Source: Clostridia bacterium (lineage in GTDB: Bacteria; Bacillota; Clostridia; Christensenellales; Borkfalkiaceae). From it: a DNA stretch of 28,102 bases. Positions 1-8,185 of this stretch are shown here, piece after piece (the stretch's first letter is position 1; each line of letters starts with the position of its first letter). Both the position numbers and the translations under genes were made by a program. The notes below the pieces were generated by a model. That model saw only the letters and a program-made list of their open reading frames with translations. It had not been told where the DNA came from and ran no database searches. The DNA is taken from NCBI GenBank assembly GCA_034184645.1, contig JAXFZW010000064.1, positions 1-28,102 on the forward strand. Direction: 5' to 3'.

Positions 1-849
1 AAATTTAAAAACACCGCCAAAACATATTATTTTTCACCGCTTGAAGGGGAAGATTATCCTATCGGTTCGGGTGTAATTGTCGAAACCGCAAAGGGACTGG
101 AATTCGGGACGATAGTTTTTAACGTGAAGGAAATTCCCGACGAAAATATCGTGCATCCGCTTAAACCCATCGCAAGGAAGGCGAGCGAAAAAGACGTCGA
201 ATCGGTAAAAGCCAACGAAAAAAAGATTCCCGATACACTTAAAAAAGTCAGCGAAAAAATCGCTGCGAGGAATCTTGAAATGAAACTTGTCGGGTGCGAG
301 TATTCTTTCGACGGTAAAAAACTCGTTATTTTCTTTTCGGCGGAAGGAAGAGTCGATTTCCGAGAACTCGTAAAAGACCTTGCGGCGGAATTCCACGTAC
401 GAATTGAGTTAAGACAAATAGGCATAAGGGATGAAACTAAACTTTTGGGCGGTATCGCTCCGTGCGGAAGAACGTGCTGCTGCGCAGGGTGTATTCCCGA
501 CTTCTCAAAGGTGTCCATCAAAATGGCGAAAAACCAAGGTTTGCACCTTAACCCGACTAAGATAAGCGGACTTTGCGGAAGACTTATGTGCTGCTTATCG
601 TATGAGGACGAGTATTATGCGGAAGCGTGCAAAAAAGTTCCTAAGGTAGGCGGAAGGGTTAAAACGCCCGAGGGCGAAGCGGTTGTCGTTTCAAACGATA
701 TGCTTAAAATGATTACCAAAGTCAAGTTTGAAGACTCGGACGGAAGTATGTCTTATAAGGACTTCCCGACCGAAAGGCTTGAATTCCGCAGGGGCTGCCC
801 GCAACAGGAAAAGGACGAGGATTCCGAAACGGAAGAAATTTCCGATTAA
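1..849 (+). CDS. ricT: PSP1-domain / stage 0 sporulation regulatory iron-sulfur protein RicT (YaaT), 5'-truncated by the window edge
   Basis: Frame 1 is open from base 1 (KFKNTAKTYYFSP...GVIVETAKGLEFG), so the real start lies upstream of the window rather than at 124. It carries the PSP1 core FFSAEGRVDFRELVKDLA...RIELRQIGIRDE and the Cys clusters CGRTCCC and SGLCGRLMCCLSYE. Confidence 0.92.
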   Translation, partial: KFKNTAKTYYFSPLEGEDYPIGSGVIVETAKGLEFGTIVFNVKEIPDENIVHPLKPIARKASEKDVESVKANEKKIPDTLKKVSEKIAARNLEMKLVGCEYSFDGKKLVIFFSAEGRVDFRELVKDLAAEFHVRIELRQIGIRDETKLLGGIAPCGRTCCCAGCIPDFSKVSIKMAKNQGLHLNPTKISGLCGRLMCCLSYEDEYYAEACKKVPKVGGRVKTPEGEAVVVSNDMLKMITKVKFEDSDGSMSYKDFPTERLEFRRGCPQQEKDEDSETEEISD

Positions 850-852
850 CTG

Positions 853-881
853 TTTACAAAATAAATCGTTTGTGATAAAAT
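853..881 (+). promoter_or_regulatory. sigma-A-type promoter for the ferredoxin gene
   Basis: TTTACA (853-858), 17-nt spacer, TG-n extended -10 TAAAAT (876-881). Confidence 0.7.
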
Positions 882-912
882 AAAAATATCAATTTTTGTG
901 GAGGACAAAAAA

Positions 913-1083
913 ATGGCTTACAAAATCAGTGACGCTTGCATTATGTGTGGTTCTTGCGCAGATGGTTGCCCCGTTAGCGCAATCAGTCAAGGGGATACAC
1001 AGTACAATATCGATGCGGATACTTGCATCAGCTGCGGTGCTTGCGCTGCAGGATGCCCCGTTGAGGCTATCTCGGAAGAGTAA
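913..1083 (+). CDS. fdx: clostridial-type 2[4Fe-4S] ferredoxin (56 aa)
   Basis: MAYKISDACIMCGSCADGCP...TCISCGACAAGCP contains two CxxCxxCxxxCP motifs. SD GGAGGA at 900-905 supports ATG 913 rather than GTG 898. Confidence 0.96.
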   Translation: MAYKISDACIMCGSCADGCPVSAISQGDTQYNIDADTCISCGACAAGCPVEAISEE

Positions 1084-1100
1084 TCTTAAAAACAAAGTCA

Positions 1101-1130
1101 AAGGCGCGTTTTAACGCGCCTTGATTTTTT
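1101..1130 (+). terminator. intrinsic terminator after the ferredoxin gene
   Basis: Inverted repeat AAGGCGCGTT-tt-AACGCGCCTT followed by GATTTTTT. Confidence 0.8.
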
Positions 1131-1149
1131 ATACGGCAAATTTTTTACT

Positions 1150-1812
1150 ATGCAATCTGTTGAAGACTTAGGCGTTTTAAACTTAAAAATCTACCAGGAC
1201 GACGAACTTTACCGCTTTACTTCGGACTCCGTTCTTTTGACGCGCTTTGCTACCGTCAAAAAGGGGGACGTCGTTGCGGATTTTTGTTCGGGCAGCGGAA
1301 TAGTCGGTTTGCATCTTTACGGACTTTATCCCGATATTAAAAGCGTCACTCTTTTTGAAATGCAAACGCCGCTTGCGGACCTTTCAAAGAAGAGTGTGGA
1401 ACTCAACGGGCTTGAAGAAAAATTTTTTGTCGTAAACTCAAAGGTTCAGGATATAGGCAGCGAGTATAACGGAAAATTTTCACTTATCGTATGCAACCCG
1501 CCGTATATGGAGCAGCATAGGGGGTTTAACGAGCAAACGGGACATATTGCCGAGTGTAAAACCGAACTGACGCTTTCGTTAAAAGAACTTTTGTCGTCGG
1601 TAAAAAAGGCTCTTAAATTCGGCGGAAGATTTGCCATGGTAAACCGTGCGGACAGGCTTACCGACGTTATTTGCGAAATGCGAAACGTCGGCATCGAACC
1701 TAAAAGATTGCAGTTTTTTTGCGGCGGAAGTAAGCCGCCTTACCTTTTTGCCGTGGAAGGCGTAAACGGCGGTAAAAGCGGGATTAAAATCCTTAAAGAA
1801 AAGGAGAACTGA
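1150..1812 (+). CDS. yabB: SAM-dependent methyltransferase, tRNA1(Val) adenine(37)-N6 (YabB/TrmN6) family
   Basis: IYQDDELYRFTSDSVLL N-terminus, motif I DFCSGSG and motif IV CNPPY. It sits in the conserved position between ricT and rsmI. Confidence 0.85.
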   Translation: MQSVEDLGVLNLKIYQDDELYRFTSDSVLLTRFATVKKGDVVADFCSGSGIVGLHLYGLYPDIKSVTLFEMQTPLADLSKKSVELNGLEEKFFVVNSKVQDIGSEYNGKFSLIVCNPPYMEQHRGFNEQTGHIAECKTELTLSLKELLSSVKKALKFGGRFAMVNRADRLTDVICEMRNVGIEPKRLQFFCGGSKPPYLFAVEGVNGGKSGIKILKEKEN

Positions 1813-1813
1813 A

Positions 1814-2614
1814 ATGCTTTATTTCGTGGCTACGCCCATCGGGAACTTAAACGACGTTTCTTACCGTGCGGAAGAAACTCTTAAAAATGCGGACGTTATT
1901 TTTTGCGAAGACACAAGACACTCTCTCGTGCTTTTAAATAAACTCGGCGTAAAAAAACCGCTTTTTTCCTATCATAAGTTCAACGAAAAAGAAGTTGGCG
2001 AAAAGATAATAGAAAGGCTTAAAAAAGGCGAAAACGTAGCGGTTATTTCGGACGCCGGTATGCCCGTAATTTCCGACCCCGGAAGCGTGCTTACGGATAT
2101 GCTTATTGAAAACGGACTTGATTTTACGGTTGTTCCGGGCGCATGCGCTTGCGTGTCCGCTCTGGTACTTTCGGGGCTCGATTCTTCAAGATTTTGTTTT
2201 TTGGGGTTTATGCCCGAAAAGGCGGGAGAACGCAAGGAGTTTTTGGAAAAGTACAAAGATCTTGACTTGACCCTTATTTTTTATTCCGCTCCGCATGACG
2301 TCAAAAAGGACGTTGAAAGTATTTATTCGGTTTTCGGCGACAGGCGTGCGGTAGCCGTGCGGGAAATAACTAAAATTCACGAGTCCGCCGAAAGGTTTAA
2401 CTTAAAAGACGGTTATATAAGCGAGCCGCGCGGAGAATACGTTCTCGTGGTTGAGGGCGCAAGGGCAAGCGATAAGTTTGCCGACCTTACCGAAGAAGAA
2501 CACGTCAAGGCGTATATAGAACAGGGTATGGACAAAAAGGAAGCAATAAAAAAAGTTGCAAAAGAACGGGGAGTTCCTAAATCTTCGCTTTATAAATACA
2601 CGATAGGAAAGTAA
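1814..2614 (+). CDS. rsmI: 16S rRNA (cytidine(1402)-2'-O)-methyltransferase
   Basis: LYFVATPIGNLNDVS, CEDTRHS, SDAGMPVISDPG, VVPGACA, REITKIHE and RGEYVLVV motifs. SD AAGGAG at 1801-1806. Confidence 0.96.
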   Translation: MLYFVATPIGNLNDVSYRAEETLKNADVIFCEDTRHSLVLLNKLGVKKPLFSYHKFNEKEVGEKIIERLKKGENVAVISDAGMPVISDPGSVLTDMLIENGLDFTVVPGACACVSALVLSGLDSSRFCFLGFMPEKAGERKEFLEKYKDLDLTLIFYSAPHDVKKDVESIYSVFGDRRAVAVREITKIHESAERFNLKDGYISEPRGEYVLVVEGARASDKFADLTEEEHVKAYIEQGMDKKEAIKKVAKERGVPKSSLYKYTIGK

Positions 2615-2622
2615 AAATAAAT

Positions 2623-2662
2623 AAACCGCCCTTCCCGATTAAGGAAGGGCGGTTTGGTTTTT
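2623..2662. terminator. bidirectional intrinsic terminator between convergent rsmI and dut
   Basis: 13-bp perfect stem AAACCGCCCTTCC / GGAAGGGCGGTTT with a 7-nt loop, A-rich on the left and T-rich on the right. Confidence 0.88.
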
Positions 2663-2670
2663 AAATATTA

Positions 2671-3147
2671 TTATTTTTTATCCGTGCTGCCTATTCCGCC
2701 CGTGCGGTCTGCCGTGCAGTCGTCGTCGTAAGTTATACCGAAAGGTGTAAACACGCCTTGCGCAAAAGCCTTGCCTTTTTCAACCGTCAAAGGAAGGTTG
2801 CCGCAGTTTGTCAGTTTAATAAAGATATGTCCTTCGTTTTCCGCATTGTAGTAGTCGGAGTCAATAATTCCAACCGTATTGTTGAGCGTTAAACGGTATT
2901 TAAATCCCAGAGAAGACCGTGGAAAAATTTGAAGCACCCAGCCGTTTTCTATTTTTACCCTTATGCCCGTCGCAACCTTTATCGTTTCACCGGGGGCAAG
3001 GGTAAATTCTTCGGGTGCAAAAAAATCGTATCCCGCACTACCGGAAGTCGCTCTGCGCGGTAGAATAACGCTTTCATATGCGCTTTCCGTTCCGCTTTTT
3101 AAAAATTCGTTCTTACTTACTTTTTCAAACTTTGCGATTTTATTCAT
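2671..3147 (-). CDS. dut: trimeric dUTP diphosphatase
   Basis: dUTPase motifs SAGYDF, PRSSLG, GIIDSDY, AQGVF and RTGGIGST. Confidence 0.95.
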   Translation of the reverse strand: MNKIAKFEKVSKNEFLKSGTESAYESVILPRRATSGSAGYDFFAPEEFTLAPGETIKVATGIRVKIENGWVLQIFPRSSLGFKYRLTLNNTVGIIDSDYYNAENEGHIFIKLTNCGNLPLTVEKGKAFAQGVFTPFGITYDDDCTADRTGGIGSTDKK

Positions 3148-3153
3148 ACTCTT

Positions 3154-3182
3154 ATTTTACCATATAATTTTTTTTGCCGCAA
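3154..3182 (-). promoter_or_regulatory. sigma-A-type promoter of dut, probably giving a leaderless mRNA
   Basis: Minus strand: TTGCGG, 17 nt, TG-n TAAAAT. The ATG begins 7 nt after the -10 and there is no SD. Confidence 0.65.
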
Positions 3183-3191
3183 CATTTACTG

Positions 3192-4490
3192 CTAAACGAA
3201 AAGTAAAAGGGTAGCGGTCGCAACGGCAAGCGTAGGAATCGCCACCAAAACGCCGTACTTTATAAACTTCCCGAAAGGGAATTTGAATCCGTAGCCCGTT
3301 AAAATTTTATTCCACATAATTCCCGCAAGCGCGCCGACGGGGGTTATAAACGCACCTATATTCGAGCCGATAATCGCCCCGTACGTTGCGGGAAGTGAGT
3401 TTAGTCCGATTATGCGCTCGAAAAGAACGCTCATAGGTATATTGTTCAAAAGGTTGGCCGCTGCCGCCGAAAGGAAACCGAAACTTATTCCGTCAACTTT
3501 ATCGTTTGATAAAAGTGCGGACGAAAGTTTGGCGGTAAATCCGCAGTATTCGAGTGAAAGCGATAAAACGAACATTGAAATAATAAAGGGTATAAGTTCG
3601 TACGGTGCGCCCTTAAACACATTTAAAAGCCTGATAAGACTTTTTTCTTTTACAATTCCGTAAATAATAAAAATAAGCGTAAGGCTTGCGGCAGGAAATA
3701 CGCACGCCAAATACGTTTGAAGTCCTATAAAGTCGGCAATGGCAAGTAAAATAAGACATGCCGCAAGGTGGATTATGCCGACAACCGCCAAAAAACGGTT
3801 AAGTTTTACCGAAGAGTTGTTTTCGCCGACAAACTCATCTTTTTTTGCCGTCAGCGGTTTTTTGAAAATAAGTAAAAGTATGAAAAACGAAGTAAGTCCT
3901 GCGACAATGGTGGGAACTGCCATTACTTTAAAGTATGAAAAGAAATCTATTCCGGCAGAACCGGCGAGATAAACGTTTGTGGGGTTGCCGATAATGAGAG
4001 CCATACTCCACGTGTTTGCGGCAACGAATTCCCCGAAAAGGTAAGGAATGGGGGAAATTCCGGCTTTTCTACAAAATATACATACGGGCGGGGTAAAGGT
4101 TAAAATAACGACGTCGTTTGACGTAAAAATAGTTAATATCGCAACCGTTACGTAAAGTGAAACAAAAAGTCGTACGCCGTTTTTTGATTTTGAAAACACT
4201 TTTTCGGCGACGTAGTCGAAAAATCCTGCGTTTCCTAAAAACAACGATAAAAGAGATACCGAAAAGAAAAGAGCAAGCGTTTTAAGCGGGTTGACCGGCG
4301 TGTTTGCGGTAAGACCGTTTAACGCAAAGTCAAAGGGCATCGCCGAACAAAGTATAATAATTGCGCCGATAAACGGGAAAACCCAGTAAAGCCCGAAACG
4401 GACTTTACCTATTTTGACGTAAGGCTTAAATAATACGGAAAACAGCGTGCATAACGCCGATACCGTGAAAACGCTGACTGTAAATATCAT
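3192..4490 (-). CDS. ArsB/NhaD (ion transporter superfamily) permease, substrate unknown
   Basis: About 11-12 hydrophobic segments. Family motifs TIFTSNDVVILTFTP, AANTWSMALIIGNPTN, LLNNIPM and GSNIGAFITPVGALAGIMW. Confidence 0.85.
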   Translation of the reverse strand: MIFTVSVFTVSALCTLFSVLFKPYVKIGKVRFGLYWVFPFIGAIIILCSAMPFDFALNGLTANTPVNPLKTLALFFSVSLLSLFLGNAGFFDYVAEKVFSKSKNGVRLFVSLYVTVAILTIFTSNDVVILTFTPPVCIFCRKAGISPIPYLFGEFVAANTWSMALIIGNPTNVYLAGSAGIDFFSYFKVMAVPTIVAGLTSFFILLLIFKKPLTAKKDEFVGENNSSVKLNRFLAVVGIIHLAACLILLAIADFIGLQTYLACVFPAASLTLIFIIYGIVKEKSLIRLLNVFKGAPYELIPFIISMFVLSLSLEYCGFTAKLSSALLSNDKVDGISFGFLSAAAANLLNNIPMSVLFERIIGLNSLPATYGAIIGSNIGAFITPVGALAGIMWNKILTGYGFKFPFGKFIKYGVLVAIPTLAVATATLLLFV

Positions 4491-4527
4491 AAAAAACTTC
4501 CGACGATGATTATATCACCGTCGGAAG
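4491..4527 (-). terminator. intrinsic terminator after the SDR-ACT-yjjG operon
   Basis: Minus strand: CTTCCGACGGTGAT-ata-ATCATCGTCGGAAG-TTTTTT (14-bp stem with one G-U pair). Confidence 0.75.
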
Positions 4528-4537
4528 ATAATGACAA
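4509..4537 (-). promoter_or_regulatory. sigma-A-type promoter of the ArsB/NhaD permease, overlapping the terminator
   Basis: Minus strand: TTGTCA (4537-4532), 17 nt, TG-n TATAAT (4514-4509). Confidence 0.7.
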
Positions 4538-4556
4538 ATGAATTGTAAAGTTGTAA

Positions 4557-5237
4557 TTATAAAATATTTTTAAGTTCTTTAAGCGAACTTATTATAAAGT
4601 CAACAGGTAAATCGGTTTTTTCACCGTTTTTATTGAACCAACAAGTTTTTATCCCGAAGTCAACCCCGCCTTTCATGTCCGCCGAAAGCGAATCGCCTAC
4701 GAATAAAATTTCGTTTTTATTTTTTGTCGGAAGTTCTACTAGTATTCTTTCAAAAAAAGCCTTGTCGGGCTTACTTGCGCCGAGTTTTTCGGAAACGAAA
4801 AAGTTTTTGAAAAAATTACTCATGCCTGCGGTGTCAAGCCTGTTTTTTTGCTGTTCGTATGATGAATTGCTTGCCACGGCAAGGTAATAACCGTTTTTAA
4901 GATAACTAAGCACGTCGAGCGCACCGTCAACGGGGGCGGCGGCAACTCTCATATTCTCTCTGAAAAGTCTTTCGAATTCAGTCCCGTCAGCCACTACGTC
5001 AAGTGCGGAAAATATGGTCGGAAAACGTATTTCGTGCAGTCTTTTAACGGTAAGCACTCCGTCTTCTACCTGATGCCATAAAAAATCGTTTACCGTGTGA
5101 AACGCATTTATAAATCGCGGCTGGTATTTTAACCCCGTAGTTTTGCACGCATATAAAATTGATTGTTTTGCGCACTCGTTAAAATCCAAAAGCGTGTTGT
5201 CAATATCAAAAAGTATTACTTTAAACTGAGAATTCAT
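4557..5237 (-). CDS. yjjG: YjjG-family noncanonical pyrimidine nucleotidase (HAD superfamily)
   Basis: HAD motifs LFDIDNTLLDF, ASNS, SKPD and FVGDSLSADMKGG. Confidence 0.85.
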   Translation of the reverse strand: MNSQFKVILFDIDNTLLDFNECAKQSILYACKTTGLKYQPRFINAFHTVNDFLWHQVEDGVLTVKRLHEIRFPTIFSALDVVADGTEFERLFRENMRVAAAPVDGALDVLSYLKNGYYLAVASNSSYEQQKNRLDTAGMSNFFKNFFVSEKLGASKPDKAFFERILVELPTKNKNEILFVGDSLSADMKGGVDFGIKTCWFNKNGEKTDLPVDFIISSLKELKNIL

Positions 5238-5593
5238 AATATTTCGTAGCCGTTGCTATTAAGTGCGTTTTGTGCGGAGTCGTAAAACTCGGATTTGACG
5301 AGAATATAGTCGGTGTTGTAAGTCGATACCGCAAACACGGGAATATTCTTTTCCGCAAGGGCGGCGGTTATTTTTGAAAGTATGCCCACAAGTGAAAAAT
5401 CGAGAGTGCCTACGACCTTAAACGCTTTCCATCCGTCAGAACGTTCTACGTAATTAAGCGGGGCAAATTCGGTTTTGCAGACAAGCGAAAACTCCTCGTC
5501 GGTTTTGGCTGTAAAGTAAAAACCTTCTTTCGGCACATATTCGTTTTCAAGTTTCATTACAGAAAAAGCGCCGTCGATTTTTTTAATTTGCAT
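5234..5593 (-). CDS. ACT domain-containing protein (CASTOR/ACT_7-like)
   Basis: TDEEFSLVC...GWKAFKVVGTLDFSLVGILSKIT...NIPVFAVSTYNTDYILVK. It overlaps yjjG by 4 nt (ATGA). Confidence 0.88.
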   Translation of the reverse strand: MQIKKIDGAFSVMKLENEYVPKEGFYFTAKTDEEFSLVCKTEFAPLNYVERSDGWKAFKVVGTLDFSLVGILSKITAALAEKNIPVFAVSTYNTDYILVKSEFYDSAQNALNSNGYEIL

Positions 5594-6401
5594 TTTTATT
5601 TTTGTCCTTACTTTTAAGTATTTTGCGTATAGCGTAGTTTTGCGTTCTTTTGGGTAAAAAGTTAAGCAGCCTTAATAGCGGATTGCGATTAAGATTGTAA
5701 ACGTATTTAGGGCGCTTTGACTTTATCGCTTTAAACGCTTTTTCGGCGACCTTTTCGGGCGGAACGTTTTTTGCTTCCGTTTTATTTACGATGCGCTTAA
5801 ATTTTTCGGCGTTGTAAGAGTATAGTTTTGTGCGTGAGCAAAACTCGTCAAGTTCTTTTGTCGACGCACCCAAAAGTTTGGTTTTTACCGCTCCGGGACG
5901 AAGAACGCAAACTTTTATTCCCAAAAGTTGAAGTTCCATACGCAACGAATAGGCGTACTTTTCAAGTGCGGTTTTCGTTATGCCGTAAATTCCGGTAAAG
6001 GGAAGGGGGTCTAGCGGAGCAAGTTCGCTTGACGTTATTATTATTCTTCCGCCCTTTTCAAGTAAAGGAAGGAAAGTTTTGTTTATCCTGTACGCACCGA
6101 AAACGTTTACGTCAAAAATGCCCGTAAAACGCTCTTCGCTCATTTCAACAAGCGAGTCCATACGGTAAATGCCGGCAAAGTTGACTATTGCAAATATGGA
6201 TTTTGCCTGTTTTTTTACGGTTTCAAACGCACGCATTACGCTGCTTAGGTCGCAAACGTCAACGGCGACGGGAAAAACGTTTTCTTCCGCTTCAAAAACG
6301 ACTTTATCAAGCGCAAAAACGCGATAACCGTTTTTAGCCAATAATTTTACGGTGGCGTTTCCCATGCCGCCGTAAGCACCTGTGACAATAATATTTTTCA
6401 T
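5583..6401 (-). CDS. classical short-chain dehydrogenase/reductase
   Basis: TGAYGGMG Rossmann motif, NFAG, and the catalytic S...YGITK. ATG 6401 is preferred over GTG 6407 because of promoter geometry. Confidence 0.9.
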   Translation of the reverse strand: MKNIIVTGAYGGMGNATVKLLAKNGYRVFALDKVVFEAEENVFPVAVDVCDLSSVMRAFETVKKQAKSIFAIVNFAGIYRMDSLVEMSEERFTGIFDVNVFGAYRINKTFLPLLEKGGRIIITSSELAPLDPLPFTGIYGITKTALEKYAYSLRMELQLLGIKVCVLRPGAVKTKLLGASTKELDEFCSRTKLYSYNAEKFKRIVNKTEAKNVPPEKVAEKAFKAIKSKRPKYVYNLNRNPLLRLLNFLPKRTQNYAIRKILKSKDKNKNAN

Positions 6402-6407
6402 ACACAC

Positions 6408-6436
6408 AATTTACCATAAGCGGAACAAAAATGCAA
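6408..6436 (-). promoter_or_regulatory. sigma-A-type promoter of the SDR-ACT-yjjG operon, probably leaderless
   Basis: Minus strand: TTGCAT, 17 nt, TG-n TAAATT. The ATG begins 7 nt after the -10 and there is no SD. Confidence 0.62.
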
Positions 6437-6509
6437 CTTGTATTCAATAAAAAGGTTTGGCAGATGATCGTACTCGTCGTGTTTTTTAACCTGTCTTTTT
6501 TGTTTACAC

Positions 6510-6540
6510 AAAACCCCTACCGCCAAAAGGCGGTAGGGGG
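6510..6540 (-). terminator. intrinsic terminator downstream of tRNA-Arg
   Basis: Minus strand: CCCCTACCGCC-tttt-GGCGGTAGGGG-TTTT, an 11-bp perfect stem. Confidence 0.85.
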
Positions 6541-6547
6541 GTGACGC

Positions 6548-6624
6548 TGGCGCGCCCGACAGGAGTTGAACCTGCAACCTCCGGAATCGGAATCCGACGC
6601 TCTATCCGGTTGCGCTACGGGCAC
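6548..6624 (-). tRNA. tRNA-Arg (anticodon CCG), CCA encoded
   Basis: Minus strand reads GTGCCCGTAGCGCAACCGGATAGAGCG-TCGGA-TTCCGAT-TCCGG-AGGTTGCAGGTTCAACTCCTGTCGGGCGCG-CCA. This gives a full 77-nt cloverleaf with the TTC T-loop. Confidence 0.97.
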
Positions 6625-6642
6625 GTGTTAAAACAAAAATTA

Positions 6643-8169
6643 TTAAAGCAAGGTTCTGAAAAGCGCAAACACCGAAAGCACAAGCCTTACGAAAGGATTT
6701 TGCGAGGACGATTCAACCGTCATGCGCTTGCTTGCGGATAAAATCTCGTCAAAGTCTTTTTGTATTTCGTTTACGACGGGAGAATTTGCTATTATTGCGC
6801 CGCATTCAAAGTGGTGCGCTAAACTGCGGTAGTCAAGGTTTATCGTTCCGACAAACGCTGCGTCATTGTCGATAAGTATTTGTTTTGCATGCATAAAGCC
6901 GGGAGTGTATTCGTAAATTTCAACGCCGTTTTTAAGTAAGGTCATATACGACGACCTTGTCATCGAATGGACGAATTTTTTGTCGGGTATGCCGGGTGTA
7001 ATAACTTTTACGTCAACTCCGCGAAGACTTGCCGTTGAAATTGCGTTTAAAAACTCGTGGTCGATAATAAGGTAAGGGGTGGTTACGTACGCTTTGTGTT
7101 TAGCGGACGCAAGCAAACTTATTATCGCAGTTCTTCCTACCTGGTAGTCGTACGGGTAAAGCGGACCGCACCCGAAGGGAATAACGCAGCCGCTTTCGTT
7201 AAATACCGGATATTTTTTTGGAAAGTATGCCGAGTAATCTTCGGGCAAAACCTTTTGTTTGTAATCGTACATCGTCAAAAACAACGCCGTAAGCGTTGCA
7301 ACGGATTTTCCCGAAACCCTTACGCCCGTGTCTTTCCAATACCCGAAAGGCTGTTTTTCGTTTATATATTCGTCGGCAAGGTTTATGCCGCTCATGTATC
7401 CGATAACTCCGTCAATAACGGTTATTTTTCTGTGGTCACGGTTGTTGAAAACACCGGAAGGACGAAGGGTTATCGCATTGAATTTCCGGCTTTTTATTCC
7501 ATAGGAATTAAGCGTTTTGTAGTATCTGCCTTTAAGTTTGCCTGCGCAACCTATGTCGTCGTAAAGTACCCTTACTTCAACGCCTTGACTGACCTTTTCT
7601 TTAAGAACGTCGAGTATAGAATCCCACATTTTGCCTTCTTCTATTATGAAATATTCCATAAAGATAAACTTTTCCGCAGTTTTTATATCTGCGAGAAGGC
7701 TTTTAAAAAAGGTTTCGCCCGAAGGCAAAAATTCCGTGTGGTTTCCGCTTGATACGGACGAAGTCGTCTTTTTCCCCAGATAGGACGCAATACCGAAAAA
7801 TCTTCCGCATTCGTTTTTTACTTGTTCTTTTTCTCTTTCGGGCGTTTTAAGATATTCCGATAGTTTTTCGGTTAAATTGGCGATGGCGCGCTGTTCTTTT
7901 TTGTTGAAATGGGCGTTGCCCAAAAAGATGTATATTACCGTGCCGAGCATAGGGACTACGGTAAGCAAAATTATCCACGGAAGTTTAAGTTCCGCAGGTT
8001 GTTTTTTGTTTATGACGAAAATTGCGGTGAGCACGCCGGCGACAGAACCTATTATTTTAAGCCATAAAATAGTTTCCGAAAAAAATGCGGCGGAAAGTGC
8101 AATCAGCGCGACTTCTATTAAAACGATAAGCGCCGTAAGAACGGCCCTGCTGAAAAGTTTTTTTAACAT
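6643..8169 (-). CDS. cls: cardiolipin synthase (PLD superfamily)
   Basis: N-terminal TM helices with a PLDc_N-like WIILL..VPMLG segment. Two HKD motifs: RDHRKITVIDG and MHAKQILID. Confidence 0.93.
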   Translation of the reverse strand: MLKKLFSRAVLTALIVLIEVALIALSAAFFSETILWLKIIGSVAGVLTAIFVINKKQPAELKLPWIILLTVVPMLGTVIYIFLGNAHFNKKEQRAIANLTEKLSEYLKTPEREKEQVKNECGRFFGIASYLGKKTTSSVSSGNHTEFLPSGETFFKSLLADIKTAEKFIFMEYFIIEEGKMWDSILDVLKEKVSQGVEVRVLYDDIGCAGKLKGRYYKTLNSYGIKSRKFNAITLRPSGVFNNRDHRKITVIDGVIGYMSGINLADEYINEKQPFGYWKDTGVRVSGKSVATLTALFLTMYDYKQKVLPEDYSAYFPKKYPVFNESGCVIPFGCGPLYPYDYQVGRTAIISLLASAKHKAYVTTPYLIIDHEFLNAISTASLRGVDVKVITPGIPDKKFVHSMTRSSYMTLLKNGVEIYEYTPGFMHAKQILIDNDAAFVGTINLDYRSLAHHFECGAIIANSPVVNEIQKDFDEILSASKRMTVESSSQNPFVRLVLSVFALFRTLL

Positions 8170-8185
8170 TTAACTCTCCAAAGGG

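Noticed and set aside
3192-6624. tRNA-Arg(CCG) as the integration site of an island
   Set aside because: There is no integrase, transposase or duplicated tRNA 3' end in the window, and a normal terminator follows the tRNA directly.
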